From Oopsacas minuta (taxonomy: Eukaryota > Animalia > Porifera), in assembly GCA_024704765.1 (NCBI GenBank), contig JAKMXF010000066.1:751854-815853 (forward strand): a stretch of DNA of 64,000 nucleotides, in the 5' to 3' direction. The notes below the pieces were generated by a model that worked only from the letters and a program-made list of their open reading frames with translations, was not told the DNA's origin and made no database searches. Each line of letters begins with the position of its first letter. Within the stretch, counting starts at the first letter, position 1. Both the position numbers and the translations under genes were made by a program. Of the stretch, positions 60,569 through 64,000 are shown piece by piece.

Positions 60569-63499
60569 ATGACAGAATCAGCTCCATACAGGAATTGTGA
60601 TTACTGTAGGAATGACATTCCAACTGGTAACATTGGTATCCATGAAGCAACTTGTATTCGTCACCATGTTAAATGTTTGGAATGTGGCGAATTCGTTTCG
60701 AAAAGTGGCAGAGAAGAACATGAGCATTTATACCACACAGTGCAAAGGTGTGAAAAATGTGGCATGAGTTATAAACCCATAAATAAAGACAGTCATGATT
60801 CTATTTGTCAGTTTAGCAAAGTGACATGCTCATTTTGTGACAGTCATGTTATTCGGAAAGATTTTAGAGAACATCGGGAAGCGTGTGGTGCTCGAACTGA
60901 AAGGTGTGAAAATTGTGCCAAATATGTCATGCTTAAGGACACAACGACACATATTTGTGGTCACATACCTCTGGAAGATTTCACCACACAAATTGGAACT
61001 ATTGCTAGTTCTGGTCCAATTGATAATGTCGAGGAAATGGTTAGACGACAACAAGAAATAGGTTTTTCAAACCTGAGTTATATTTCTAATCCAGTAGCGA
61101 CACATATAACACCTAGACAAGAGTATATTCCCCCGCGTAAAATTGTGCCACCTACAGACAGGGGAATAGTAGAGCCACAATATCAGAGAGATACACACGT
61201 GTCACGACAAAGGGCTATGCCACTCGAAAGGAAACCAACACCTCCACATGTTCCATATCATCCACAACAGAGAGACACACAGCCACAAAAACAAAGTGCT
61301 CTGCCACTTGAAAGGAAACAAACACCTAAAAATGTGCCATTTGAGCCACAAAAACCAAGAGCTCTGCCACTTGAGAGGAAACCAACACCTCAAAATGTTT
61401 CAATTCAGTCACAACAAACAGCCACACGGCTACAAAGACAATTGCCAGTGCCACTTGAAAGGAAACCACTACGTAAAATAGAGACCCAACCACCTGCACA
61501 CCAATGGGAGTTGTCACATCAAAGGAGTTTATCAAAGGAGCCACGTCAAACGAATCCATTCAGAGAACCGCCTAGAGAACCCATGCCACCATTCAACATA
61601 TTCCCACCACCTCCACCACCCTCTTCCGACACAATTATAACACCTCAAACACGAAGTTTTGTATCACTATCCTCGCTAGAAGATCGTCTCCCTAAGGATG
61701 AGGATTCTGAAGAGGTACCCATCGATTTAGAACCGAACCCCTCTGCTCCTTGTGAGTTCTGTGGTAACCAGGTTCCCCTGAGTGCTCTTGAAGGTCATCA
61801 AGTTAATTGTAAACACCGAATCTATCAATTTGAAACTGAAACTAAGTATTGTTCCAGTTGTAAGGAAATGATTTGGGAACATAATTGGGAGGAGCATTCT
61901 AGAATGTGTCTCGCTAGGACCGATCGAGGTATCTTTGACCAATCGATTGGTTCACATCAAACAAGTAGAAATCAACCTGAACACAAACCGGAAGTAACAC
62001 CTCTGCATAGTTCTAGTTTGATTCCGTGTGAGTTTTGTGATATAATGTTTGATTTTTCAGAGATTAAGGTACACCAAAATAAGTGTCCCAATCGGATCGG
62101 CTCTGATTTCAGGGGTGCAGAAATCCCAATCCAATGTGGCATATGTGAACAATATTTTGAGGAACATGAAGTAGTTGAACATAGAAAGGGTTGCGTGACA
62201 CAGCGACACCAACAACCACATTCAACTGCCAAGACATTTGATTCCAAATCAGAGAAAAAGAAATCTGAATTTTGTGATCGAGAAGTTAGTAGCCTTGAAA
62301 GTCATTTTGATATTTGCTACGAAAAGCCTAGAAAATGCAAATATTGTCTGGAACCTGTCACAAGAAGTGAGATCTCAGATCATGAGAATACTTGTTCCTA
62401 TCATCACTTTGATTCCAGACCCAATACTGACCTCCCGTTTAGCACCCCAGCTACTAAATTCGAGAAAAAGAAAAGCGATCCGATAACGAACAAATGTCCA
62501 TTCTGTAACTTCCCTTACCCCAGTATTAATATGGAAAATCATAAAAACAATTGCGCTAAAAACCCGAAATTTCGCTATAAGTCTCCACCTCCTAACCGCA
62601 CTTCTCCAGAGGTCAATTTGTCAAAGTCGTTGGGACCTCAGTCGCCGGTTTCACCTGGAATGGCGCCTAAGTTCCAGTATGATACGAACCCATTTCGGAG
62701 CGAATCAAATTCACGCAAATTCCCAAGTACTGAACGAACCATGGATATTCTAAATTCGCCAGGTTTCCCGAGCAATGATTTGTCTAAATACAGAATATAC
62801 TCAAACAGAGATCCGTCTCCTCGACAACAAACAACTAGTAAACAACAACAATTTGTGTCTCCTTATACAAAAGCACCATCACCAACTTCACTATTCAGAG
62901 GCACAAATGAGAAAAGAATCGCTTTCTCTGATATCAAAGATAGCAAATCGGAACCAAAATTTGTACCCATAACAGATAATTATATGCCACAAAATCATGA
63001 ATTCAAATGTGAACTGAAACCACTTATTCCACAAGGCACAAGGAGCAATCTCAAGAAACCACCTCAAAAGCCATCACAGCTAAATTTCTTTGAGAAACAA
63101 CCGACAATTGGTAAACCACTTCTAACACCTACTCAGGACACAAAATTTATGATATTCGAGCCGTCAACAGAATTAAAGACTCGTTACACAGATACTAATG
63201 CTTCTGACAGACCACAAGCGACCACCCGCAAACAATCAACTGGGCAATACAAATATCCTCGACACAATTCGCCAGTTACAAACGAAAAATATCCAGATAG
63301 TTTTTACACTGACAAAAAGGAGATTAAGTACCCGCCGGGTGCAGGAAACAGTCGAGATAGCTATCCAAGAACATCCTCACAAAATCCCACCGAGACCATT
63401 GTGGACCCGCCGGACCATGTGACGCACAGGCGACCTTCGAATTACACTTTTGATGATCGCTATAAAGTTACTAAAAATCAAATTCATAATAAGTATTAA
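60569..63499 (+). CDS. XAF1/TRAFD1-like zinc-finger protein, intronless, 976 aa
   Basis: N-terminal TRAF-type Zn array (CDYCRNDIPTGNIGIHEATC...CGARTERCENCAKYVMLKD), followed by ~7 further C-x2-C-x11-12-H-x3-C fingers and low-complexity Pro/Gln regions. Confidence 0.78.
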   Translation: MTESAPYRNCDYCRNDIPTGNIGIHEATCIRHHVKCLECGEFVSKSGREEHEHLYHTVQRCEKCGMSYKPINKDSHDSICQFSKVTCSFCDSHVIRKDFREHREACGARTERCENCAKYVMLKDTTTHICGHIPLEDFTTQIGTIASSGPIDNVEEMVRRQQEIGFSNLSYISNPVATHITPRQEYIPPRKIVPPTDRGIVEPQYQRDTHVSRQRAMPLERKPTPPHVPYHPQQRDTQPQKQSALPLERKQTPKNVPFEPQKPRALPLERKPTPQNVSIQSQQTATRLQRQLPVPLERKPLRKIETQPPAHQWELSHQRSLSKEPRQTNPFREPPREPMPPFNIFPPPPPPSSDTIITPQTRSFVSLSSLEDRLPKDEDSEEVPIDLEPNPSAPCEFCGNQVPLSALEGHQVNCKHRIYQFETETKYCSSCKEMIWEHNWEEHSRMCLARTDRGIFDQSIGSHQTSRNQPEHKPEVTPLHSSSLIPCEFCDIMFDFSEIKVHQNKCPNRIGSDFRGAEIPIQCGICEQYFEEHEVVEHRKGCVTQRHQQPHSTAKTFDSKSEKKKSEFCDREVSSLESHFDICYEKPRKCKYCLEPVTRSEISDHENTCSYHHFDSRPNTDLPFSTPATKFEKKKSDPITNKCPFCNFPYPSINMENHKNNCAKNPKFRYKSPPPNRTSPEVNLSKSLGPQSPVSPGMAPKFQYDTNPFRSESNSRKFPSTERTMDILNSPGFPSNDLSKYRIYSNRDPSPRQQTTSKQQQFVSPYTKAPSPTSLFRGTNEKRIAFSDIKDSKSEPKFVPITDNYMPQNHEFKCELKPLIPQGTRSNLKKPPQKPSQLNFFEKQPTIGKPLLTPTQDTKFMIFEPSTELKTRYTDTNASDRPQATTRKQSTGQYKYPRHNSPVTNEKYPDSFYTDKKEIKYPPGAGNSRDSYPRTSSQNPTETIVDPPDHVTHRRPSNYTFDDRYKVTKNQIHNKY

Positions 63500-63911
63500 T
63501 AATCAGGTTATTATAGGTGTGATATTTTAGCTTAAAACCTATTGGTTGAATTAGTCTTAGTGGTATTTTTGATATAATCACGTCTGTCTGTTTGTTTGTT
63601 TGTTTGTTTGTTTATTTGTTTACTTATTCTTGATGTATTTATATATTTTAAAGTTACTAATTGAATTCAGTAGCGAATATTGGCAGTCTAACTTAAGTAA
63701 TGCAAAATTCCACAAATTTATCATTATTTGTGGCACAAAAGTGTCACCCTTTGTCTGCCACATTGGGCCACATATCAATGCTACCTTTTCGTGGTTATTT
63801 TTCAAAAAAGTGTCTGTCTGGATTTGACTGCTACTAACAGTAATTCACACATATCTAATACAACACTAAGTTTACTTTATCAGCTATTCTATTCAATCTT
63901 AAATTGGAACT

Positions 63912-64000
63912 ATGGCTGAAGATCAAAGCCCAACACGTACCATAGAGGAAGTGACCTCACGGACTGACACTCGAAATGAGATGCGGGCTAAATCTCGAAA
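63912..64000 (+). CDS. Possible 5' end of a downstream gene (MAEDQSPTRTIEEVTSRTDTRNEMRAKSR...), truncated by the window edge
   Basis: An open frame from ATG to the window end with a GC rise. Too short to identify. Confidence 0.3.
   Translation, partial: MAEDQSPTRTIEEVTSRTDTRNEMRAKSR

Noticed and set aside
1-64000. Prokaryotic or viral origin, defence islands, rRNA operons
   Set aside because: Spliceosomal introns, animal-type gene families and a Pol III tRNA indicate a nuclear animal genome; no such elements were seen.

Overview
AT-rich, gene-dense eukaryotic (animal) DNA with short GT-AG introns and many small MITE-like insertions. There is no rRNA, CRISPR array or autonomous transposase. 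The compact introns, (AAAC)n runs and NHL-repeat fragment suggest an early-branching animal such as a sponge (inference only). Housekeeping genes lie at both ends: RBM25 (3' part), GTPBP2 with an intronic tRNA-Ala(CGC), TMED3/7-like, UBE2A/B (Rad6) and an XAF1/TRAFD1-like zinc-finger gene. Two systems stand out. (1) A 10-exon, ~950-aa gene (11670-16723) joins in one frame a ULK/TBK1-like kinase, a ubiquitin-like domain, a helical/coiled-coil region and a C-terminal Atg11/FIP200 Claw-like domain. (2) A ~35-kb cell-surface receptor cluster (21.3-56 kb) contains intronless LRR-cbEGF-TM genes sharing a near-identical inverted ~560-bp block, seven 3-exon kinase-less DDR-like (discoidin + DS-like) receptors with tyrosine-motif tails, and three small Cys-rich transmembrane-adaptor-like ORFs. 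Two countin-like saposin genes bracket the LRR-EGF trio. All exon models were built by eye from splice sites and frame continuity; all family names come from motif recognition, not database searches.
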